Below the pieces are notes generated by a model that was not told the DNA's origin, ran no database searches, and saw nothing but the letters and a program-made list of their open reading frames with translations. DNA of 64,000 nucleotides, from assembly GCF_000143415.4 (NCBI RefSeq), contig NW_003314405.1, forward strand, positions 206,282 to 270,281. Direction: 5' to 3'. The stretch's first letter is position 1; every line of letters starts with the position of its first letter. Source of the DNA: Selaginella moellendorffii (Eukaryota > Plantae > Lycopodiophyta). Positions 53,302 to 64,000 of this stretch are shown here, in pieces. The translations under genes were made by a program, and so were the position numbers.

Positions 53302-54868
53302 AAATATGGCCTCGCTGGTGGGAGCAACTGTGGTAGAGCAAGGCCTAGAGCTGGTCATAGCTGGAGGGGCATGTTGCTCCATGTCGAAGTAGAAAGAAAC
53401 TGCTGATGCCTCACAAATGCCAGCTCGCAATGAAGAACAGGCGAAGGATGGATACGTTGCTTCCATTCGGCAGCTTTCTTCTGCCTGGTTGCAAGCTCTG
53501 TGAATGAGCATGCTCTGTGAAGTTACAAGATTTTCTTGATTTGTTTCATGAATTCTTTCGTCACTAGTGTGTACGTGTGCTCTGTTGGGTGAATTAAATC
53601 CCAGAAAACATAATCACTTGGGTTCCTGCACAGCCCGCTCAAGGTATTTTTGTGTGATAGGCAATTGGGGCAACAACCCCCTCCATTCTGGAATCCAAAC
53701 TTAATTGGGTTCTCCACGTACGATTTGATCAGTGAATAGCCGTCAACAAATGCACCTCTCATCCCTGGGAATTTCTTTGCCACCCCCAAAACAATCGCCC
53801 GAGCTTGCCAATTGAATTGTTCTACTAAATCGTTGATCTCTCTCACACAATTTCCATCCGACGTGACAATAGGCACACAGCCTAACGGCCCAAGGCTAGA
53901 GTAGACAATCTTCCTGAATCCATATTTATAAAGTTGCTCCAAGCCTTTCTCCAATGACACTAGCATTGCTTCCAAGTCCACATTAGCAAGGTTTTGAAGA
54001 TTTGCCGCAATGTCATTGCCACCCGAAGATATCACAACCACAAAGTCATTGAGATTCATCATGGGGATCTTGTTGGCTAGCTGTCCAAGTTGTTTTAGCT
54101 GCTCATTAAACGACACGACACCCCAGTCTGAGTGAGTAGAATCAAGCAGTCCACTACCGTCTGACGCAAAGTTGATGCTTAGTGGAAGTTGGCTCCCACC
54201 TTTCAAGCCCAAGAATGGTTTTGAAAAGGGCAAACCGATCACTTTGTTTATCAGATCTGGAATTAGAAACCCATCGCTACATCTTCCTGATGGCTGGTTA
54301 TACCTTGTCTTCCCATACGGCACAAAATCACAACGAGAAACAGAGTTCTTCACGTACTTGTTAGTTCCAACATCAAAGATTGAGTCTCCCATGTAGATAG
54401 TCCGAAGTTGAGGAACCGACCTCCCATACACGCACGCGCAGAGAGCCAAGATCGCAAACACCAACACTAAAATCTTCGTCATCTCGCCAAAACCTTCACG
54501 AGAGAACCTAATACAGAAAGCCCGTTTATATAGTGAAACGAGAAAAAGGTGAACCCACCTTTACAGCTGCGCTTCATGCCTTTTTGGATTAGAAAGAGCC
54601 TTGAACAAGTTTTTGTCGCTCTTCTTCTTCTAGCTCGCCAGTAGATGCGATTCACAAGGATTTCTCCATGCCACTCGCATCATTGGCTAGAACAGGGAAA
54701 TGGAGCTCTCCTTTGCGCAAAGGCGAAGGATTAAGCAAGCAAAGTCAACACTCGATAACCCATAAAAATAACTCTAACGTAAAAAGGCTATAGGGCTTAG
54801 GGCTGTGCTGTGGCGATGGAGGCAGTGATAGTCGAGCCGCCCCAGGATGCGACTTCACGTATCGTGTG
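53302..54868. repeat. Segmental duplication, copy A (matches 62425-64000, continuing beyond the window)
   Basis: Near-identical from aaatatggcctcgctgg through the GDSL gene, the intergenic region and the first codons of the macrodomain gene. Confidence 0.92.
53523..54482 (-). CDS. GDSL esterase/lipase, secreted, intronless (copy A)
   Basis: MGDSIFDVGTN, PYG...SGRCSDG, INFAS.GSG, SGGNDI, GPLGCVP, FWDLIHPT. Confidence 0.93.
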   Translation of the reverse strand: MTKILVLVFAILALCACVYGRSVPQLRTIYMGDSIFDVGTNKYVKNSVSRCDFVPYGKTRYNQPSGRCSDGFLIPDLINKVIGLPFSKPFLGLKGGSQLPLSINFASDGSGLLDSTHSDWGVVSFNEQLKQLGQLANKIPMMNLNDFVVVISSGGNDIAANLQNLANVDLEAMLVSLEKGLEQLYKYGFRKIVYSSLGPLGCVPIVTSDGNCVREINDLVEQFNWQARAIVLGVAKKFPGMRGAFVDGYSLIKSYVENPIKFGFQNGGGCCPNCLSHKNTLSGLCRNPSDYVFWDLIHPTEHTYTLVTKEFMKQIKKIL

Positions 54869-57003
54869 CTTGCCAGAGCTAGGGAGAGTGCAGGAGCGAG
54901 TTGTGCTATGCAGCTTATCCGGACGTAAGAGATGTGCACCTCTATTCTGTACATCTCGAACTTCTCAAGTTACGCCGATCTCGACTCATGGATCACATTC
55001 GAGCATCTCTGGAGCTGTCAACATTCGGTACTCCACGAGCTCTGGAGCTCGCATTCACAAAGTAAGAGTGTGCATTGTACTTTTCAAAAAAATATCGGTG
55101 GTTCTTTTGCAGGATGAATGAAGAGCTGCGGGCTCTGGTAGGATCATCAGATTGCCGGGTATGTGGTAATCTCTCTTCTTGTCAGATGNNNNNNNNNNNN
55201 NNNNNNNNNNNNNNNNNNNNNNNNNNNNNNNNNNNNNNNNNNNNNNNNNNNNNNNNNNNNNNNNNNNNNNNNNNNNNNNNNNNNNNNNNNNNNNNNNNNN
55301 NNNNNNNNNNNNNNNNNNNNNNNNNNNNNNAAAGGACGAAAAGCTAACCCGTCCAAGTTCTCTCTACCGTCTCAAAAATGCTAGCCCCCCGCAAAGTAGC
55401 AGTCTACCTTTTTATTACCACAAGGTACTTACTCTTTTGTTGAAATTTGTTATTCTGAAAGTGTGTGCACACAGGAGCGGCTGACTACGGCAGACACTTA
55501 CCTAATCGTTGCGTCGAGACACCTAAATTATCACATGGATAGCGATTTTACAAGCGTTTTCACCACTCGGATCGACGCACTTGTGAGTATTGTATGCTTC
55601 TGATCTGCAAACAAGCTTGTAATGGGCGAACTAGTACAGGGCCTCGAGGAAGCTTGCCGCCAGATTGCCGATGTAGGGTCTGATGATTGCAGGACATTCG
55701 CAGTAGTTCCTGTTGGAGAGCTGCTGCGACAGAAAGTGGCCAATGGAGTGACTCAAGAGGTGAGTGGACAGCTACACAGCGCCGCAGAGGACATAGAGGA
55801 AAACCCAGTCGATATAAATCCCGAGCCTGCGGACGAATCTGAGTCTGAAGATGAAGATGTGCCTGAAGACCCGGATGAGTCTGAAGACGAACAAGCGATG
55901 GAGTTATATGATGTTAGACCCGATGGTTTCCTTCCCCTAGGTACGTACAGTACATCAATTATAGCTATATAACCTTATTTCTGTTTTCAGTCAATGGGAA
56001 CCCTCAAGTACCCGAACCATTTACCTCTTGCAAGCCCGGACCTCCCAGGGACCCCTGCATAAGAGTGATGGACCTCAAGGTTCAAATCTACCTCTCGTTT
56101 TGTTTGTTTATCTGAGTTTGTGGTTTGAGATTTAGTGGCTTTTGATCAGGAAAAGGACCTCAAGCTTGTTTGTAAAGTCGGCTCTTGCAAGTTCGTGATT
56201 AAAAACGGGGACATAAAAGAGTGGTTTGTAGACGGAAAGAATGACGCTATTGTAGTTCCTGTTGGAGGTCAGATACACAGAGGTAAAGCAAAGGGGTGTT
56301 TGGCATTTGACATGAGCTTTTCTCTTTTCAGAAATATGTATTGCTACTGGTTCCTTTACTGGCTTGGATATCATGTAACTGTCTTTCCTCATTTCCTTTT
56401 AAAACTTTTAACTGACTTGTTTCTCAGCCCTTCAGGAGGACTGCCAGCACCTAAAATCATTGTTATTCAAGGCCCAAAATACTACAAAGACAGGGACATG
56501 GAAGCTGCTGAGTATCTTGGTCTCACTTACAGGTATGCCAGAGTGTGTAGCAAATTTGATACATTGTGCTTTGTCTATTACAGGAACGCTATAACACTTG
56601 CTTGCAAGGAGGGCGTTAAGCACATAGCGTTCCCAGCTATCTTGTGCAGATATGGCGGGTTTGTACCCACACCTTACCTATTGTATACTGAGTTCGCATT
56701 GTGTTTCAGGTTTCCTCTGGATAAAGTGGCAAGGATTGCTGTAGAAAGCGTACAAAAGGCACTCAAAATTGCTAAAGTGTCCATTGAGGTAAGCTTCCCT
56801 GGATTAGACATGCCTTTGTTATTCTGTGTTCAAAATTGTAGGTTCACTTTGTCATAAAGGACGAACCCACCTGGAGACACTGGGTAGCTGCAACAAACCT
56901 CCTTGCATTTAAGGATTATGATCGTTATGTATCTTGTCGGTGCAACAGACCCCCCTTTCCAGTCACTTCTGAAGGCATTCCAACTTTTTTTAGCTGTGAT
57001 TGA
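54816..57003 (+). CDS. Divergent macrodomain (MacroD/Appr-1-p-like) gene, multi-exon, spans an assembly gap
   Basis: IKNGDIKEWFVDGKNDAIV, LPAPKIIVIQGPKY, KHIAFPAILC...FPLDKVARIAV, VHFV. GT-AG introns. Joining of the 5' exons across the gap is uncertain. Confidence 0.65.
55189..55330. other. Assembly gap (N run)
   Basis: 142 consecutive N. Confidence 0.99.
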
Positions 57004-58279
57004 GAATAGGTCATCATTGTCTTACCACATTGATAATCTATCACCTATTGAATATATTGAGAGACTAAGCTCAATATTGCAAGGGTTTTCAACATTAGCA
57101 AGTGCAAATTAACAATATAAATTTCTCATTTATAATTTATAATTTCTTTCTTTAGTGCCCTTTTGGTCTAAATGCATACATATTAATTAGTTTCTTAATT
57201 AGCTCAGGTTTCTGCTATTATAACAGTAAAAGAAGAATATTCAAAAAGTCTTACTAATAGACAACTTTTGATACTATTTATGATATGTTCTCCCCCCTTT
57301 AAAAAGATTGACATTCTTGTTGATGCACACTTGAGACCACTGCCAAAGAAACAACTCTAGAAAAAATTCATGATATTCATATTTTGTGAGAAATGCATTA
57401 ACTAAATAAGTTATATTGTTGATAATCATTACCAAATAGAATAGAATGGCATATGATTATTAGCAATAATAATTAAATATAATATTTAATAAAGATAATC
57501 AACTATCCCAGATGATCAAGAACCAAAAGCTCAAAGAAGTTTATAACTAAATCCTATATAATAACAATCATAAGTTTCATACTGACTAACTTTAATGTTT
57601 AAAAAGAAATCATGATATAACCTATAATTTCCACCTTAGCAAATTCATAGGCCAAAACTTCATAATGCAAAAGTTAATAAAGAGTATATCTATGTTAATT
57701 TAAAATCCATGCTCAACAAGTGATCACCAAACCATCTTTTATAAATTTTAACATGTAACACACTTTATAACAAGTGTAATGAGAATTATCAATAATCAAT
57801 AATTTCAAACTTAAACCAACAAGGATCTAACAAGTTTAGTATTAATCACTAATTCTTCATTTTGCAAAACTAGCTAATTAAGTCACTTTTCAAAGAAAAG
57901 CCAAAACTCAACCCTACTAAAAAAGTTCATCTATAATATAGCTAACACCCTCCCATGGGTCTATTATAGAGATTATTTTCTTTGGACTCACTATGCCATC
58001 GCATTGACACCAACTTACCACTCAATTTATTGAATGTCAGTATAATTGCTAACTAGCAAATGCATGAACATTAATAACATAAAGCTATAACCAAATCACC
58101 AATATTATCTTTGTCAAAACTCATGAAGCAAATTATCAATTTCCAATGAGGCTTAATTAATTACTAACTATCTGAATAATTATAGATCAAAAATTTATCT
58201 TTTGCAATATATTGATGAAGAAATATCTCATTTCACTCTAATATCAACTCTACCAATGTTAATGTCAAGGTTTTAACAT

Positions 58280-59678
58280 TGACATAGGCATGCACTTGTT
58301 GAGTTCATCAATGTAGTGCATGTGCAGCCAAAACATCTAAAGGCATCACAAATCTATTATTGCTTCAAACTTCTATCCACCAAAAGTAAATAGCCTCTCT
58401 AAGAAGCTAGCTTGGAGAAAACACTAGTTACTAGGCTGGGGTCTTGTTTGTTAATAAAATTAACCAAACAAATCACTTCACCAACTAAGAAATTACAACC
58501 TATAGAATCAAGAAAGAGCTCTTAATCTATTAATTCTTACTATATCTAAACTTAGTAAGTTTCTTCATCAAACCACAAGCTTCACTCCAAATAATACCCT
58601 TTCATAAATTCCTTTAAGTTTTAGCTTTGCAACCATACTCCTCTTGGAACTCAAAGACTTTGATTTTTCATGAGGTGATGGCATTGTCATCCAAATAACA
58701 TCTGCCAATCCCTAATCATCATCATCTATGGTTAAGACTAAAATGGTATTTAATCATATTTGAGCTCCTAACTTTCATTCTTGATTAATAAAAGCATCCT
58801 CAGCAAATGCTTAAGAATTTCATCTCTAACAATAGAGTACAAATGCCCTCAATTGTCCCAACTAATCATTACTCATATCTTGGAGACCAACACAACAGGA
58901 TTAGAGTCCTATTACATTATTCCATACTAATGCATTTAGAGTATGAGTTTGTTTTGAGCACTTTAATTTTTTCAAAATAACATTATCAGACTCCACACCC
59001 TAGCCAGTAAAGATCAAATTAGCATCATTGACTCATAGAATGGGGTGACTAGTGCATATAGGGAAACCATTCATCTTGTCCTGAGATCCAAATGAGCTTT
59101 TTAACTATAATAACATGTTATTAGAATTAGAATTACTATAGCTATTGGCACTAGACGTGCCCTCTAATGAATCTTCCTTAAGAGATTTATATTGTACTCA
59201 TTCCAATTACCAAATTTTGAAAGGCCGGTATTATTATTTATTGTTAGTACCTCCCAATGTCAGAATTGGATAATTCGTGCGTTTGCTACCTTCCCTAGAT
59301 GTGGTATCTGTGTCTCAAAATCAAACCCTAATTCCCTATTATATCCTACCATCAAAAGTTGATAGGGTAGAAATTTAATTTAAGTATCACTGACACGAGG
59401 ACCATATGATTTGACAAGTTATCATGAACCACTGAGAATATAAATGAGTACGCATTAGTCTTGAATCTAGTAAGTGCATCCCTTTTGAAGGTCAGGACTC
59501 TTTACACATATTAGTTATAGAATTACTATAGTTATCTGAGTAGTAAGGTACTATCAAATAAACTATTATTAATTTAATAAGCCATTCACAATTTCACAAT
59601 ATAAAACAATTTATATTTATACATTCATGGCTTAATCTTTGAAACAGACATATGACTACTAGTAAGATCAACTAAGTA
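58280..59678 (-). pseudogene. Decayed nuclear 18S rRNA copy (5' end to roughly nt 1480), 3'-truncated
   Basis: Minus strand starts TACTTAGTTGATCTTACTAGTAGTCATATG..TCAAAGATTAAGCCATG (canonical TACCTGGTTGATCCTGCCAGTAGTCATATG). Collinear internal blocks include aattcctttaagtt, tagaatcaagaaagagctc and aacatctaaaggcatcaca. Confidence 0.93.
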
Positions 59679-62645
59679 GTTAATGCAAAGCACATATGTT
59701 CTAGCACCCAAAGATGGAGTGAAGGCAATGTATAACCAGCATCAACTAAGATGGCATAGTTGTAAGGTTCATATTTCAAGTGCCAAAGGGTAGCCAAAGC
59801 CCTCAATAGCTGAGTGAAGCTTATGCACAATAAGAACATATGCACACAGCCTTTACTCATTTTGGCTGGACTTGGACTTGACCTTGGCTATCCTCTACTT
59901 GAGCATCAATCCAAAAATAATAATTGAGCTATTATGAAACCTCTTTATGATGCAATTTCATAAGGTTTCTCATGCCCTTAGATCTTACTATATTTGAAAT
60001 ATAGACACAAGAGCATACTTGTGTGGTTAACATACTAACATAGTCTTGCTCATGCTTTGGATGATAAAAAATTGGATTACCTTGTGCTCACACAACTACT
60101 ACCAATTTTTTTAACTCTATGCTAACATATGTTACTTACTTGATTCTTATCATAAAACACATGCGAGTGTACTTTATCCTATTGACATTAAACATTTGGA
60201 AGTGCTTGGCATGTTGCTACAAAAAATTCATAAACTTCTGGGACACCCACAAACAAAAAAAAGTTTGTAATGAAGATCTTAAGAAAGAAAAATTAGAATT
60301 TTGTTGTGGGCATTATAGCAAATGTAGTTATAATTGACACATATACACTATACCAACTTGAAGTTTTAAAACTTTTTATTAATTTCTTATCATTTTTTAG
60401 CTATAAACATTTTTATATTTATTTTTTTAAATATTTTTTTATTTTTATAAAAAAAATTATACTTCACATTTTTGCAAACTTTAAACAATTTTAAAACTTC
60501 CACATCATATATATGATAATAATACAGACATAAGAATGAGCCAAGTAAAGGCGTGTGTCTCTCTTCATACTTGCTTTGTAGAGCTTGACTTTGTATCTCC
60601 AGGACCCTGGCTCAAAAGAATTGCGACAAGGAGCATGAGAAAGTAGCGACCTCGATCACGCCTATTTCTGGACTGGTCAAAGTATTAAGTGTTGAGAACC
60701 GGTTTGTCTCTTGACTCGAGAGTTACCTGGTTAATTTGAGTTGCATGATATAAATATATGTGAAGATCCACTTGCGCCTTACTGGGAGGATCACGTCCTT
60801 GGCATGTCCCCAAACGCTACCTTGGCTGGAGCAGACACTGCAAGGCCACAGCCATGCAGAGTATAAAATCGATAGAAACTCTTTGAAAAAACTTAAGTAA
60901 AAAGCATCTTGCCTCTGGAGGAACTTGTCAAAGCAGCTTGAGAATTAGAAGAAAACTTTCCGGAATGAAGATTGACACTAAAATATCAAACTGAAACCAA
61001 CGTTGGAAAAGCAAGAAAGATAAAGCAAGTGTTACCTGTATGAAGTCTAGATATATTGATTCGATAGAAAATCGACAATAAAATGATTTACAATTAGAAA
61101 ATATACTAGATAGAGCTCAAAGTACCTCTAGTGTCAGTGTCTTTCTCTCACATTTTTCTTTTCTAAGGAAGAAGTTTTATCCTAGTCTGTTGTAATGCCT
61201 GAAATCCAATCCACAGATATTTGTTGATACTAGTTAAATCTAATTAACATGGTACGCTCTCACCACCACCAGCTAGCACATATCGGACAGTATGCGTTTG
61301 GGAGCTCTTCCAGGTAGACGCTGCTATGAAATTATCTGAAAATCGAAAATCAGACGCATTCATCTCAGGCCGGACAAGGAAAGTCATGCAAGAAGAAGTG
61401 CACTGATCTAATAAGCAATGCTAAGAGAGGGGTATGATACCAGAAATTCATGGCCGTCCAAGGTATGATCAAGATCAGCTACAAGCTCGATGAAATGCCG
61501 GTGATCCTGTCCCTGCCGCTCCCTACCCTAGCTAGATCCAAAGAGAAACGCTCCTTTGGGGGTCATGAGCAATCGGAAGAAACTGAAGTTCGCGAGTATG
61601 AAGTGTTCTTATGGTTTGCAGTTCCCTGTTCTTTGTTGTTTATCAAGCTTGCAGGGAGGCCTTGCACACGACGAGTTCTTGATCATGTTCCTGCATGACA
61701 ATTTTTCCCCAGCTTAATTTTCATTGTGAAGACTTGGGGATGGAGCGGAACAGAGGGGGCCCTAATCCTTGTCAAGCAACAAGGCAAACACTGTTTCGAA
61801 GACCAAAAAAACGACAGGAATGCTTCTTCTTCGTTTTTTGTTTTGGAGGGGTTCTCCTCAAAGAGGAAATCCCCAAGAGAGGGCTGGGTAGCTGGTCTTC
61901 GATCCTGCTTGTTAGTAGTTTCACACAATCGAAAATCCTACATCTAAGTGTGGGGCAGCCGGGGGCTTCGATTCCCCGACTTCCTCTCGCTTTGGCCGCC
62001 TCAACGTACTGTACAAAACAGTAGCGACAGCCCAAAACGAATACTGAGTAGCCACGTTGAGAATGGGCACCCCACCATTTTGATGGTTTGAGAAAAACAT
62101 AACGCCTCCTCCCACGCCGCCTCCTCCCAGCGCCGCCGCCAACAGCAAAACCAGCCCCCTCAAAACTTACCCTAAACACTAGCCTTTAGATATATTTACA
62201 CAGCATCCTAACCGTCAGATTAGCTGATCCGATGGCTGTGAATTGTTTAAATCTAAGCTAACGAAAAATGCATGGTTAAATAAAGAAACTCATTAAAGTA
62301 AATGCGATAGTAACTATTAACTCATAAAGGTTGGAGCAAAGTTAATTTTAAGGCGGATTTTTTTTTTTTACTTTTAATATTCCTTTTCTTTAACTTTTTA
62401 ATTTCACCTAAAACACCATCTATTAAATATGGCCTCGCTGGTGGGAGCAACTGTGGTAGAGCAAGGCCTAGAGCTGGTCATAGCTGGAGGGGCATGTTGC
62501 TCCATGTCGAAGTAGAAAGAAACTGCTGATGCCTCACAAATGCCAGCTCGCAATGAAGAACAGGCGAAGGATGGATACGTTGCTTCCATTCGGCAGCTTT
62601 CTTCTGCCTGGTTGCAAGCTCTGTGAATGAGAATGCTCTGTGAAG

Positions 62646-63614
62646 TTACAAGATTTTCTTGATTTGTTTCATGAATTCTTTCGTCACTAGTGTGTACGTG
62701 TGCTCTGTTGGGTGAATTAAATCCCAGAAAACATAATCACTTGGATTCCTGCACAGCCCGCTCAAGGTATTTTTGTGTGATAGGCAATTGGGGCAACAAC
62801 CCCCTCCATTCTGGAATCCAAACTTATTTGGGTTCTCCACGTACGATTTGATCAGTGAATAGCCGTCAACAAATGCACCTCTCATCCCTGGGAATTTCTT
62901 TGCCACCCCCAAAACAATCGCCCGAGCTTGCCAATTGAATTGTTCTACTAAATCGTTGATCTCTCTCACACAATTTCCATCCGACGTGACAATAGGCACA
63001 CAGCCTAACGGCCCAAGGCTAGAGTAGACAATCTTCCTGAATCCATATTTATAAAGTTGCTCCAAGCCTTTCTCCAATAACACTAGCATTGCTTCCAAGT
63101 CTACATTAGCAAGGTTTTGAAGATTTGCCGCAATGTCATTGCCACCCGAAGATATCACAACCACAAAGTCATTGAGATTCATCATGGGGATCTTGTTGGC
63201 TAGCTGTCCAAGTTGTTTTAGCTGCTCATTAAACGACACGACACCCCAGTCGGAGTGAGTAGAATCAAGCAGTCCACTACCGTCTGACGCAAAGTTGATG
63301 CTTAGTGGAAGTTGGCTCCCACCTTTCAAGCCCAAGAATGGTTTTGAAAAGGGCAAACCGATCACTTTGTTTATCAGATCTGGAATTAGAAACCCATCGC
63401 TACACCTTCCTGATGGCTGGTTATACCTTGTCTTCCCATACAGCACAAAATCACAACGAGAAACAGAGTTCTTCACGTACTTGTTAGTTCCAACATCAAA
63501 GATTGAGTCTCCCATGTAGATAGTCCGCAGCTGAGGAACTGACCTCCCATACACGCACGCGCAGAGAGCCAAGATCGCAAACAAGAACACTAAAATCTTC
63601 GACGACGTCTTCAT
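62646..63614 (-). CDS. GDSL esterase/lipase (copy B)
   Basis: Near-identical to 53523-54482, with P->L in the PYG motif, S->L, I->N and N-terminal differences including a 3-aa insertion. Confidence 0.92.
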   Translation of the reverse strand: MKTSSKILVFLFAILALCACVYGRSVPQLRTIYMGDSIFDVGTNKYVKNSVSRCDFVLYGKTRYNQPSGRCSDGFLIPDLINKVIGLPFSKPFLGLKGGSQLPLSINFASDGSGLLDSTHSDWGVVSFNEQLKQLGQLANKIPMMNLNDFVVVISSGGNDIAANLQNLANVDLEAMLVLLEKGLEQLYKYGFRKIVYSSLGPLGCVPIVTSDGNCVREINDLVEQFNWQARAIVLGVAKKFPGMRGAFVDGYSLIKSYVENPNKFGFQNGGGCCPNCLSHKNTLSGLCRNPSDYVFWDLIHPTEHTYTLVTKEFMKQIKKIL

Positions 63615-63947
63615 CTCGCCAAAACCTTCACGAGAGAACCTATTACGGAAAGCCCGTTTATATAGAGAAACGAGAAAAAGGTGAACTCACCTTTACAGCT
63701 GGGCTTCATGCCTTTTTGGATTAGAAAGAGCCTTGAACAAGTTTTTGTTGCTCTTCTTCTTCTAGCTCGCCAGTAGATGCGATTCACAAGGATTTCTCCA
63801 TGCCACTCGCATCATTGGCTAGAACAGGGAAATGGAGCTCTCCTTTGCGCAAAGGCGAAGGATTAAGCAAGCAAAGTCAACACTCGATAACCCATAAAAA
63901 TAACTCTAACGTAAAAAGGCTATAGGGCTTAGGGCTGTGCTGTGGCG

Positions 63948-64000
63948 ATGGAGGCAGTGATAGTCGAGCCGCCCCAGGATGCGACTCCACGTATCGTGTG
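63948..64000 (+). CDS. Start of the duplicated macrodomain-locus first exon (partial)
   Basis: ATGGAGGCAGTGATAGTCGAG is identical to the sequence at 54816. Confidence 0.55.
   Translation, partial: MEAVIVEPPQDATPRIV

Larger units (their letters stand above)
62425..64000. repeat. Segmental duplication, copy B
   Basis: Near-identical to 53302-54868. Confidence 0.92.

Noticed and set aside
53008-53511. 167-aa ORF downstream of GDSL copy A (partly repeated at 62404-62589)
   Set aside because: No recognisable domain. It begins within the expected GDSL 3' UTR, and its conservation merely reflects the recent duplication.
58280-59678. Functional rRNA locus
   Set aside because: Truncated and heavily mutated, with no ITS, 5.8S or 25S nearby.

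Overview
Gene-dense eukaryotic plant nuclear DNA. Short (~50 nt) GT-AG introns, tiny intergenic spacers and many PLS/SS-type PPR genes point to a lycophyte such as Selaginella (inference, not verified). Host genes: CtpA-type S41 protease, seven PPR genes, ankyrin-PGG membrane protein, a catalytically altered A1 aspartic protease, TITAN9-like, SPC25, ATP12, ELO-type elongase, IPK1, two near-identical GDSL lipases, a divergent macrodomain gene, and three intronless secreted beta-helix genes that look bacterial. Repeats and relics: a chromoviral Ty3/gypsy LTR element (11182-16752, minus) inserted beside or into an older related element, a decayed 18S rRNA copy, a tRNA-Leu(CAG) pseudogene, a broken DYW tail and a recent segmental duplication. 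The most unusual signal: the retrotransposon integrase is interrupted by two host-sized GT-AG intron-like inserts (47 and 52 nt). Removing them restores conserved integrase motifs, in an element that has also lost RT-RNase H. Second is the triplicated bacterial-like secreted protein family, which includes a chimeric copy. All comparisons were made by eye; no database searches were run.
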